DNA of 30,064 nt from Coleofasciculus chthonoplastes F2-STO-03 (GCA_040222015.1 JAVJWO010000198.1:1-30064); one strand, 5' to 3'. Positions 18,471-27,685 are shown, counted from the stretch's first letter. Made by a program: numbers and translations. Notes: generated from the sequence alone by a model not told the origin.

Positions 18471-20289
18471 TTACCAAACAGACCAAGGCGATTGTATTTG
18501 AGGTTCATCGTTGTACATAAATTGCTCAAATATCTGCTTCATTTCCTCTAAAGAAATATGACCATCTTGATTGAGATCGAGTGAATCAAAAGCAACTTTA
18601 GCATCTTGAATAGTACCAATTTTATAGGCTTGATAAAACATTTTTAGCTCATGGATAACAATTTGTCCATTGCTGTCGGTATCGATCATTTGGAAGAAAG
18701 TATCGACAAAATCGTGATCGAGCTTTCTTCCCATATATTCTAGCCATTCTTCGGCAGTGATCTTGCCATCTTTATCGGTATCCATTAAAGTTTGCAGTCT
18801 CTCGCCCAAGCCAATCCAATACGAATGAACAAGCCAATATTCAGAAGAACCCAAATTTAAACCCTGAATCTCGGCAATTGTATTGACAACTTGCTCAAAG
18901 TCGGCTCGTTCAATAAATCCATTTTTGTCGTAATCTAACAGCGTAAAAAGGCGTTTTAACTTACGTTGACGTTGATTATTAACAGCCATCGATAGCTGCG
19001 ACGATCTTGCCACTTTCCAGCTTATAATGCTCACGATCAGCATCAGTATCGTTTTATTCCAAAATGTCCACGAAGGACTTAAATTGCCAAAAACAAACCC
19101 ACTGAAAACGGGGCTAACAGTACAGGCTAACGCTCCAATAGCACCTGCAAAACTCAATATTTTAGCTTGTCGTTTTGCCCCAGCAGCCTGAGAAAGAAGG
19201 CTGTTTAATACCGCAGGTCTGCAAATATTAAAGCCAATTACTTGGATAACCAGTGCGCCTAAAACTAACGCTATGTTAGTTGAGAAGGGCATTATAAATA
19301 GTCCAAAAGCGGTTAAGATAGAACCCCAAAATAGTAAATTAGCTTCACCATAGCGGTGACTAAGTGGTCCGACTACTACACTTTGAACCGTTACACACAA
19401 TATGCCCCATAAGACATAGACATAGCCAATTTTTTGAGGACCCCAGTTAATCTGCTGTTGAATCCAAAGCGGCAAAATAGTAAATACTCCCATCAAGGAA
19501 AACCTAATCAAAAATGCTGATAATAGGAGTAGATGTATGGGGGGAGGCTGAACCAGCTCTGGCAAAGTTGACCAGTTATAGCAACCGCCATGGCTGTTAG
19601 GACACATCATTTATGTAGAGACGCGCCATGGCGCGTCTCTACAATGGTGCCGAACGTCCTAATCGATGTGTCTATTGCTATAAATGATGGTTTTGGCGAT
19701 TGCCTTTTTGGTTGTGACTCTGTTGGTTTCGATTCGGGTAGAGTCAACCAGGCAATGAGAAATCCTAGCAGCGCCATACAAGCAGCAATGAAACAGGGTA
19801 ACATAAAGTTGGATTGTTAGGATCGCTGCCAACTAACGCGCTACTCAGTCCAGGTCCAATCAAACAACCCAGTCCGGACGCTGCACCAATTATTCCCATA
19901 CTTTTAGTACGATTTTCATTAGTGGTAATGTCGCTGATATATATGGTTGCCAATAGAAAACTAACTGCCATAGTTCCTTCTAACATTCGGCAAACAAATA
20001 GCATCCATAGAGCAGTGGCTTGGCTCAACCACAAGTAAGCCAAACCACTACCAATAAGACTGAGTAACAACATGGGACGACGACCAAAGCGATCGCTCAT
20101 CGTCCCCCAGAATGGTGTAGTGATTAACTGGCTCAATGAATAGATGCTAAAGAGTAACGCGATCGTGCTAGGTGAAGCGTCAAACTTTAGACCGTAAAAT
20201 GGCACGAGGGGTACAATCAGACCATCTCCTATCGCATCTATCAATACAGTTAAAAATAGTACAATGTAAATAAGTTTTTTATTTTTCAT
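18471..20289 (-). pseudogene. TetA-like MFS transporter fused to a C-terminal 4-EF-hand domain; disrupted by a 1-bp frameshift (~19810) and a MITE
   Basis: N-half from ATG 20289 (GTMSDRFGRRP motif A), TM6 in a second frame (MLPCFIAA...LTLPES), C-half plus EF loops DYDKNGFIERAD, DTDKDGKITAEE, DTDSNGQIVIHE, DLNQDGHISLEE in a third frame. Correcting both lesions gives one ORF of about 571 aa. Confidence 0.88.
19579..19680. mobile_element. 102-bp MITE with TA target duplication and central GTAG palindrome
   Basis: TA|TAGCAA...TTAGGAC...TGTAGAGACGCGCCATGGCGCGTCTCTACA...GTCCTAA...TTGCTA|TA; removing it plus one TA restores ...PKPSF-NWSTLPE... in frame. Confidence 0.9.
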
Positions 20290-20481
20290 TGTATTTTGGC
20301 TATCTGAATAAGTAGGCAGACGCAATTACCCGGATTCTCTCACAAAAATAAAACAAGGGGCAAGATATGCAAAACTATAGATATATCAAGCATATCGGTA
20401 ATCTAAGACTATGGTCCCGACATCAACAGATTGTATTCCAAAACAGTTCAAATTTAAACCCGTATAAATCTGTGTCAGTCC

Positions 20482-20660
20482 AGTAGGGTGGGCATTGCCC
20501 ACCCGTCTTAAATCAGTGGAATTCCATTTAAATTAGGTATTAGTAGCGAGCAAGATACTCGCACTACAAGGCTTTCGCTATTATTAATATTAAGGAGTCA
20601 TATACTGAACAGCTTACTCCAAGCATTGATAGCTAAGGATTTTCAGGTTGTGGAGTAAGC
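20482..20660. repeat. Cluster of short palindromic (REP/SDR-like) repeats
   Basis: GTAGGGTGGGCATTGCCCACCC; GTAGCGAGCAAGATACTCGCACTAC; GCTTACTCCA...TGGAGTAAGC. Confidence 0.7.
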
Positions 20661-20732
20661 CCTAAATATTCAAAATTATCGGACTGGGTCGGGGTTGGTT
20701 TAGGTCAGTTAGTGGTTGGAACCCCAGCGTTA

Positions 20733-20850
20733 TAGCGCTACGCGCCAGGGAATAGGGAATGGGGAATGGGGAAGAAAAAAGCTTGCTCATCAAGGGATTG
20801 AGCGATTTTGAATTTTTCTTCATTTGTCCTAACGTGTCTGCGTAGTGCTA
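20733..20850. mobile_element. 118-bp MITE with TA duplication, nested within a GGGG..GGTTT/AAACCC..CCCCTAC repeat pair
   Basis: TA|TAGCGCTACGC...GTCCTAACGTGTCTGCGTAGTGCTA|TA; contains (RGGGAAT)n heptamers. Confidence 0.75.
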
Positions 20851-20886
20851 TATCGGTAAAACCCACCCCTACACATTCAAACAAGC

Positions 20887-20920
20887 AAAGGACAAATGAC
20901 CAAGGACAAATGACAAATAA
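20887..20920. repeat. Heptamer (STRR-like) repeats GACAAAT/GACCAAG
   Basis: AAGGACAAATGACCAAGGACAAATGACAAATAAC. Confidence 0.6.
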
Positions 20921-20924
20921 CTAA

Positions 20925-21377
20925 CTAGGCTTGCTGCCACATTTGTTTAATTTTAGACGGTAAAAACTCAGCAACTTCTTTGACTCGTTCCTCAGACAAC
21001 TCATCTTTAGTGGCGGAAAAGATGGCTTTAACCACGGTTTCTGGGCTAACGCCTTTGGGCAAGCTAGCTTCTTGACGGATTCTAAACAAGAAGGTATCAG
21101 CATCAAAATTGAGAGGGGGACGAATTCGACTCAGAAAGCTGACAATTGGATTGGTATCTTTCCACAGATCGGCAATCTCTTTTTGCTGTTCTTCGGCTGG
21201 AGTCGGTACAGATCCATCGTTTTGACGCAGTTCTGATTCGACCCGATCTGAAGCGTCTGTGTTCATTAAGTCGCGCATGGTGCGGAACACTACTTCAGTG
21301 ACATCACGGGCGTCGTAGATGTCTTCTAAGGAACCCTGCTTTTTGACTTTTTCTAAGAAAGCTGTATTGTCAGCCAT
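20925..21377 (-). CDS. DUF2267 domain protein
   Basis: FLEKVK...ARDVTEVVFRTMRDLM...KAIFSATKDELS; AGGAG RBS. Confidence 0.8.
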   Translation of the reverse strand: MADNTAFLEKVKKQGSLEDIYDARDVTEVVFRTMRDLMNTDASDRVESELRQNDGSVPTPAEEQQKEIADLWKDTNPIVSFLSRIRPPLNFDADTFLFRIRQEASLPKGVSPETVVKAIFSATKDELSEERVKEVAEFLPSKIKQMWQQA

Positions 21378-21581
21378 AGTTTTCTCCTTGTGTTTCAGGT
21401 CATGGTTGAGGACTTTGAATGTCCTGATTTCCCAGTTTTATGTGAATGATCCAGTAAAGACAGAAAAACGATTTGTATGAATTTCAGATTATTTTGAGGA
21501 TTTTTCAGGTTCTGGGTTAACACTTTAACCTAGGATAGCAGCGTTAGGGCTGGCATCTACCTCAAGAGGCATATTTTATTC

Positions 21582-21611
21582 GTCATTTGTCATTTGTCAT
21601 TTGTCATTTGT
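21582..21611. repeat. (GTCATTT)4 heptamer tandem repeat overlapping the ATPase stop codon
   Basis: GTCATTTGTCATTTGTCATTTGTCATTTGT. Confidence 0.8.
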
Positions 21612-24293
21612 CGTTCGATCCGCGATTAATTTGGCAATTTGCCCAATGACTAAGGGAACTAAACTCATTCCCATGATGAGTAACCAACCCTGTAGGCTAG
21701 GGGCATGAGTTTGCAGGATATCGGAGAGGATGGGTAGATAAATGGCAATGGCGAGTAATCCAGTACACAGGATCAGAGCGCCCCAGACGTACTTATTGCG
21801 GGTGACTTCATTAACCAGTACACCTGATCCGCGATCGCGCATATTGAAGACGTGCCATAGTCGGGAAAAGGCGATGGTGAGAAATGATATGGTAACGGCT
21901 TGATTTTTTTCCAATCCTAACCAGTTGAAGGCGAGGTAAAAGGAACCCAAAACCGGGGCAGCTATGATTAAACCATATCCCGCGATGCTTGCCCAGTGAC
22001 GCTTGGTGATAATCGACTCCTTGGGATCACGGGGGGGTTCTTCCATGAGGGTGGGAGATCCTTCACCCACACCCAGCGCCAGGGCGGGGAAGACATCGTT
22101 AATGATATTCAGATATAAGATTTGTAGAGGCAAGATGGGTAAGGGCGCATTGACTAACGAGGTGGCGGTGACTGCCATAATTTGACCGACATTCCCGGAT
22201 AGCAGAAAAATCGTGAATTTGCGAATATTGTTAAAGATGGCTCGACCCTGTTCCACCGCCGCGACAATCGTGGAAAAGGCGTCATCTTGCAGCACCATAT
22301 CCGCCGCTTCTTTTGCCACCTGGGTGCCTCGTTGTCCCATGGCCACACCGATATTCGCTTTTTGGAGGGCGGGGGCGTCATTCACCCCATCCCCCGTCAT
22401 TGCCACAATTGCCCCAGTGCCTTGATGCAAGGCAATCAGATTCAACTTTTGTTCGGGAGAAACCCTGGCAAAAATCGGGGTTTTGACCAAGCGCTGACGT
22501 TCCTCAGAAGAGGATTCACCGGGGCTTTTCAGGTCTTTCCCCTGCACCACATCCGCTTGTTCATCATCGGTTAACCCAACGGCTAAACCAATATTTCGGG
22601 CGGTGACGGGTTGATCCCCTGTCACCATAATCACCCGAATTCCCGCGTTTTGACATTCATCTATTGCCGCCCGTACCTCTTGGCGGGGGGGATCAAGTAA
22701 GCCCACGACGCCTAAAAAGGTTAGATCTTCGTAGGGTTTAGCATCTTCACTCTCCACCGTTTTTTGTGCCAATGCCAGAATCCGTAACCCTTGCGCGGCG
22801 AGGTCATTACTGCGTTGCTTCCAGGCGTCGCGATCGCTGAGTTCTTTTTCACCGTCTGGGGTTAAGATACGGGTACACACCTCTAGGACAGATTCCGGTG
22901 CGCCTTTGACGGCAAAGCGATAATTACCATTACTTTTATGCAGCGTCGCCATCATTTTAGTGTCGGGATCAAACGCTTCTTCCCGCACTTCGGGCATCTC
23001 TTCTAGTAGTTCTTCGCGCCGCAGATCCGCTTTTGCCCCCGCAATCAGCAGCGCCACTTCCATCGGATCACCGATAACTCGACTTTCATTAGAGTCTTCC
23101 GGTTGTAATGCTGCATTATTACATAAGACGCCAACTTCTAAGGCGGGGCGGAGACTATCATGCTCTAAGGGGTTCAGGGTTTCATCCTCTTGGGTGAACT
23201 CTCCTTCTGGTTCTAATCCCTCACCACTAATTTCAATATCACCGGAGTCGAGGACAATATGACTCACCGTCATCCGATTTTCGGTTAAGGTTCCGGTTTT
23301 ATCCGTACAAATAATGCTAGTCGCCCCTAGGGTTTCCACCGCCGCCAGTTTATTAATTAGGGCGTTCCGCTTTGCCATGCGCCACATCCCTCGCGCTAGG
23401 GCAATCGTTGCCACAATCGGTAGTCCTTCGGGAATCGCGGCGACAGCTAGGGCGACGGAGGTTTCCACCATCAGGCGAATATCTTTGCCCACAATAATGC
23501 CGGAAATGGCAATCAGGACGACAATAACTAGAGTGACCCAAATCAAACGGCGTCCCAGTTGATTCAGCCGTTTTTCTAGGGGAGTACTTTCCTCGGTTTT
23601 GGCTTCTTGGGTTAATTCAGAAATGTGACCCAATTCAGTCTGCATTCCTGTTGCCACAACCACCCCTTCCCCGGAACCGCGAGTTAGGGCTGTCCCTTTG
23701 AACAGCATATTGGTGCGATCGGCAAGTTCCACATCTCCTTCTATCGGTTCTGTGGTTTTGGTAACGGGGACGGATTCACCTGTAAGGGACGACTCATTCA
23801 CCTGCATTTTCGAGGTTTCCGTCAGCCGCATATCTGCCGGAATCAGATCTCCGCTTTCCAGGAGTACCATGTCTCCGGGTACCAAGTTTTCCGCGTCAAT
23901 CTCCTGCATCTGTCCTTGGCGACGCACTTTGGCTTCGGTGCTACTCAGGTTTTGCAAGGCTTCCATGGAACGCACGGCTTGGTACTCTATGAAGAAGCCA
24001 ATGGCGGCGTTAATTAAGATGGCAAAAACAATGGCAATCCCTTCAATCCACTGAGCAAAGGCAAAGGATAGAATAGCGGCAATGGCGAGAATCCCAATGA
24101 CTAAACTTTTGAACTGTTCGATCAGGATTTGTAAAGGTCCGCGACGCTGGGCTTCTTGCAGACGGTTCGCGCCATACTGTTCCCGTCGCTGTTGCACCTC
24201 GGTGTCCGAGAGTCCGTCATCCTCAGAAACATCCAGTTTCTTAAATAGATCGGCTGATGAAATTGTCCACGGTTGGTTGGGAAGATCCGCCAT
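21597..24293 (-). CDS. Cation-transporting P-type ATPase (P2A, Ca2+-ATPase-like)
   Basis: TGES, PEGL, DKTGTLT, KGAPE, DPPR, MVTGD, AMTGDGVNDAPAL, about 10 TM helices. Confidence 0.95.
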   Translation of the reverse strand: MADLPNQPWTISSADLFKKLDVSEDDGLSDTEVQQRREQYGANRLQEAQRRGPLQILIEQFKSLVIGILAIAAILSFAFAQWIEGIAIVFAILINAAIGFFIEYQAVRSMEALQNLSSTEAKVRRQGQMQEIDAENLVPGDMVLLESGDLIPADMRLTETSKMQVNESSLTGESVPVTKTTEPIEGDVELADRTNMLFKGTALTRGSGEGVVVATGMQTELGHISELTQEAKTEESTPLEKRLNQLGRRLIWVTLVIVVLIAISGIIVGKDIRLMVETSVALAVAAIPEGLPIVATIALARGMWRMAKRNALINKLAAVETLGATSIICTDKTGTLTENRMTVSHIVLDSGDIEISGEGLEPEGEFTQEDETLNPLEHDSLRPALEVGVLCNNAALQPEDSNESRVIGDPMEVALLIAGAKADLRREELLEEMPEVREEAFDPDTKMMATLHKSNGNYRFAVKGAPESVLEVCTRILTPDGEKELSDRDAWKQRSNDLAAQGLRILALAQKTVESEDAKPYEDLTFLGVVGLLDPPRQEVRAAIDECQNAGIRVIMVTGDQPVTARNIGLAVGLTDDEQADVVQGKDLKSPGESSSEERQRLVKTPIFARVSPEQKLNLIALHQGTGAIVAMTGDGVNDAPALQKANIGVAMGQRGTQVAKEAADMVLQDDAFSTIVAAVEQGRAIFNNIRKFTIFLLSGNVGQIMAVTATSLVNAPLPILPLQILYLNIINDVFPALALGVGEGSPTLMEEPPRDPKESIITKRHWASIAGYGLIIAAPVLGSFYLAFNWLGLEKNQAVTISFLTIAFSRLWHVFNMRDRGSGVLVNEVTRNKYVWGALILCTGLLAIAIYLPILSDILQTHAPSLQGWLLIMGMSLVPLVIGQIAKLIADRTTNDK

Positions 24294-24596
24294 GATGGGT
24301 TTGATTGTGATTAACCTGTAATTTAGATGGGGTAACAGTTGGGGATTGTGCCAAGGGGGGTTAGAGGTTAGCGCGATCGCACCACAGGATTACCTTATTA
24401 GGGTTATATACTAGAGAGTTATGCCAAAGAATCCTCCTTTTGAAGGAAGATTCAGCTCATTTTGGAGAACAAACGGCTCTAGCGTGGTAGAGCGTAAACG
24501 TTACCCAATCGGCTAACGATGGCATTGAGTTTCGTTTCTCAACCCTTTAATCAGTCGCCCATTAATATTCTGCCTCCACCATGCGGTTAAATTGAA

Positions 24597-24663
24597 TAGG
24601 GGCGGGTTTTGTTGTTCATTAATCGGTGACTAGCTGAATTGATTCCCTAAACCCGCCCCTACA
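24597..24663. repeat. REP-like inverted repeat
   Basis: TAGGGGCGGGTTT...AAACCCGCCCCTAC. Confidence 0.7.
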
Positions 24664-25162
24664 GAGTTTTGGCTTCTTGTAACCGCTAATTCTAGTTACA
24701 CCAACCTATGCCAGTCCGACTACTTACAAGTCAAACGATTACCCAACAGTCTACTGTAGCGTCTTCTCCAGACTGCGATCGCGCCACGTAAGCTGGAGTT
24801 TAAGTAACTAAACCAAAGCCCAAACCCCCTTATTTTAATAGATTTAATCTCAAATAAATAAGCGGATTGGCTGTGTAAGGGAAACAAAGCTAAACCCCTC
24901 TGTTGGAAGAGGACTATCATTGAACATTACGTGCCATAATCAAGAGTGCCTTCACTTGTGAGGCTTGCGTAGAGCGAGACAGGAGTAAAGAATGTTCTCA
25001 CCTGTCAAGAGAGCTGCTATATCCAATCCAGTTCATGACTCACACTTGAGTCGTAACGGATGGCAATATAGGATAGCAGACTGAACAGGACTATAATTAG
25101 GAGCTTGGCTTTCCTGGGAAACCCATACCTATTATGGACGAGGGATCTAGCCAAGAATCAAG

Positions 25163-26149
25163 ATGACTCAACAATACGATGTATATGGTCTCGGTAATGC
25201 CCTACTGGACATTGAATTAGAAGTTTCCCCAGCGGTACTCCAAGAATTGGGCATTGATAAAGGGGTGATGACGTTAATTGAAGAAGATCACCAGCACAAG
25301 ATCCTGAAACACTTAGAGGGTCAGTCAATGAAGCGCGGCGGTGGGGGATCGGCGGCAAATACAATGATTGCCGTTAGCCAATTTGGGGGTAAAGCTTTCT
25401 ATTCTTGTAAAGTCGCCAATGATGAAGATGGACAGGTTTATCTGGGGGATTTGCTCGGCTTTAATGTTGACACAAACCTACAATACCATGCCCCTGAAGC
25501 TGGAGTTACAGGTAAATGCTTGGTGTTTGTTACGCCGGATGCCGATCGCACGATGAATACGTTCCTGGGAATTTCTGCAAGCTTCTCAGAAGCGGAATTA
25601 GTCCCCGACGCGATCGCACAGTCCAAATATACCTATATTGAAGGGTATTTGGTGACGGGTGCTGCCAGCAAAGCGGCGGCGATTCAAGCCAGAGATCTTG
25701 CCAAAGCCGCAGGTCAAAAAATCGCCCTATCCCTGTCTGATCTCAATATGGTGAAGTTCTTTAAAGATGGATTACTTGAAATCATCGGTTCAGGCGTGGA
25801 TTTCCTCTTTGCCAATGAAAGCGAAGCCCTAAAAATGGCAGACACTGAGGATCTTACAGTTGCTGTTGATTACTTGAAAGGGTTAGCTAAGGGGTTTGCG
25901 ATTACCCGTGGTGCGAAAGGATCGGTAATCTTTGATGGACAAGAGATAATCGAGATTGATGCAGTCCCCGTTAAAGCAGTTGACACCGTTGGCGCAGGAG
26001 ATATGTATGCTGGCGCGGTTCTTTACGGACTGACTCATGGTATGAGTTATGCTCAAGCCGGAGAGTTAGGGTCTAAAGCGGCAGCAAAGTTAGTCACGAG
26101 TTTCGGTCCACGCATGGACACAAAAGACACTCGTTCTCTATTAGCTTGA
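25163..26149 (+). CDS. PfkB family carbohydrate/adenosine kinase
   Basis: GNALLD, GGSAANT, DADRTMNTFLG, FANESE, VDTVGAGD. Confidence 0.93.
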   Translation: MTQQYDVYGLGNALLDIELEVSPAVLQELGIDKGVMTLIEEDHQHKILKHLEGQSMKRGGGGSAANTMIAVSQFGGKAFYSCKVANDEDGQVYLGDLLGFNVDTNLQYHAPEAGVTGKCLVFVTPDADRTMNTFLGISASFSEAELVPDAIAQSKYTYIEGYLVTGAASKAAAIQARDLAKAAGQKIALSLSDLNMVKFFKDGLLEIIGSGVDFLFANESEALKMADTEDLTVAVDYLKGLAKGFAITRGAKGSVIFDGQEIIEIDAVPVKAVDTVGAGDMYAGAVLYGLTHGMSYAQAGELGSKAAAKLVTSFGPRMDTKDTRSLLA

Positions 26150-26249
26150 TCTGGCGAGAAGCCTCACGCCATAATCTACGATTTGGCGTTGAGATGAATC
26201 GCCCGTGAAGAAAAATTTATTTTCACTCTGAATTTTTATCTGCAAGAGT

Positions 26250-26275
26250 AGTATAATTGTCGTGGGAGGTGATAG
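26250..26275 (+). promoter_or_regulatory. Putative -10 box and RBS of tnpB
   Basis: TATAAT followed by GGGAGGTG a short distance before the TTG start at 26279. Confidence 0.45.
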
Positions 26276-26278
26276 AAG

Positions 26279-27685
26279 TTGAAGCGAAGTAAAGACACAT
26301 TCAAGACAAGTTACCAGTATCGAATTGTGCCAAATAAGCAACAGTCAAAACAGCTAAACGAATGGCTGTACAAGTTGTGCCGTATACACAATTTAATGCT
26401 CTCAGAACGGTTTAAATGGTGGGAGTGTAACCGCTCACCTGTCAATGCTTGCTCAATCTATATCACTCACCTACCAGAACTTAAAGACCCACCAACATAC
26501 TACCATCAAAAACGCGCTAACCATTGGTCAAGGGAGTCTGATGATGCCTTATATAAAGGTGTTCATTCTCAGGTTATCCAGGAAGCAATTAAACGAGTAG
26601 AAGATACTTTCAATCGGTTCATCAAGGGTGACTTTAAAAGACAGAGAAGCGGTAAGCCTCGATTTAAGTCTGTCAAGCGTTACAGGACATTTTGTTTCCC
26701 TCAGCTTAAGGCAGACTGTCTAACAGTTTCGCCCCATCCCCATAAGCGTAAAAACGGGAAAGCCAGACGAGACATTGCTCAAATCAATCTACCTAAGATT
26801 GGTCAGGTTAAAGTTATTTATCATCGCCCTATTCCCGAAGGATTTACTATTAAAACGGGGCGAGTCTCTCACAAAGCAGATGGATGGTATGTGACTTTAT
26901 TGCTAGAGGATAAGACCATCCCCAGTCTGACTCCACCAGAGATACAGGCAAATGAAGAGAACTCCTTAGGGCTAGATGTTGGTTTAGAGAAATTCTGGAC
27001 AGCATCCGATGGAACCGTTGAAACTATCCAACAGCACTATCGCAAGTCAGAGGACAAACTAGCCAAGCTTCAAAACCGCAAGGACAAAAAGCCGCACAAA
27101 TCAGCATCACGGCGCAAATTGGCAAAAAAGATATCTAAGCATCATCAAAAGCTACAACGGAAGCGTAAACAGTTCCATTATGAGTCGGCAACGCAACTTG
27201 TAAGCCGTGATGAGCAAGTATTCTTTGTTGAAGATATCAAGTCCGCTAACTTATCACGCAAAAACAAGCCAAAACAGGATGCTGATGGCAAATATTTACC
27301 CAATGGACAAAGCGCTAAATCGGGTTTAAACAAATCAATCAATGATGCTGGCTGGGGTCAATTCCTTTCAATTCTCATTTACAAAGCTGCGAAAGCTGGT
27401 AGAGACGCGCCATGGCGCGTCTGTACGGTGGTGAAAGTGAAACCTGATAACACGAGTCAAGTATGCTCTTGTTGCGATCTCCTAGTTCAAAAGGATTTAT
27501 CAATCCGAGTACATGAGTGTTTGTGTGGATTGATTCTAGACAGAGATTGGAACGCGGCGATCAATATCAAGAGAGTGGGGCTGGGCATAATCAAGAGAGT
27601 GGGCTCTTGCATATTCCCCACTATAAAATGCCGGAAGCGTAGCCGTAAGACTACGACAAAGGAAGCCCACACTATACCCGTTTAG
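26279..27685 (+). CDS. tnpB: RNA-guided endonuclease TnpB
   Basis: YQYRIVP HTH, GKPRFKS, RuvC-I GLDVG, RuvC-II VEDI, SINDAGWGQF, TSQVCSCC..HECLCG Zn finger, RuvC-III DRDWNAAINI. Confidence 0.95.
   Translation: MKRSKDTFKTSYQYRIVPNKQQSKQLNEWLYKLCRIHNLMLSERFKWWECNRSPVNACSIYITHLPELKDPPTYYHQKRANHWSRESDDALYKGVHSQVIQEAIKRVEDTFNRFIKGDFKRQRSGKPRFKSVKRYRTFCFPQLKADCLTVSPHPHKRKNGKARRDIAQINLPKIGQVKVIYHRPIPEGFTIKTGRVSHKADGWYVTLLLEDKTIPSLTPPEIQANEENSLGLDVGLEKFWTASDGTVETIQQHYRKSEDKLAKLQNRKDKKPHKSASRRKLAKKISKHHQKLQRKRKQFHYESATQLVSRDEQVFFVEDIKSANLSRKNKPKQDADGKYLPNGQSAKSGLNKSINDAGWGQFLSILIYKAAKAGRDAPWRVCTVVKVKPDNTSQVCSCCDLLVQKDLSIRVHECLCGLILDRDWNAAINIKRVGLGIIKRVGSCIFPTIKCRKRSRKTTTKEAHTIPV
27399..27426. repeat. 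GTAG-type palindrome inserted in frame within tnpB
   Basis: GTAGAGACGCGCCATGGCGCGTCTGTAC, near-identical to the core of the 19579-19680 MITE; encodes RDAPWRV. Confidence 0.85.

Noticed and set aside
18471..20325. Three independent genes as listed in the ORF track
   Set aside because: They are consecutive pieces of one MFS-EF-hand gene, and the frames reconcile exactly after two corrections.
22003..24321. Plus-strand ORFs over the ATPase
   Set aside because: Antisense shadow ORFs.
24940..25130. 6S RNA or a known riboswitch
   Set aside because: No match to consensus features I can recall; kept only as an unassigned structured candidate.
26279..27685. Cas12f / CRISPR system
   Set aside because: No repeat-spacer array or cas genes; IS-type end hairpins flank the gene.
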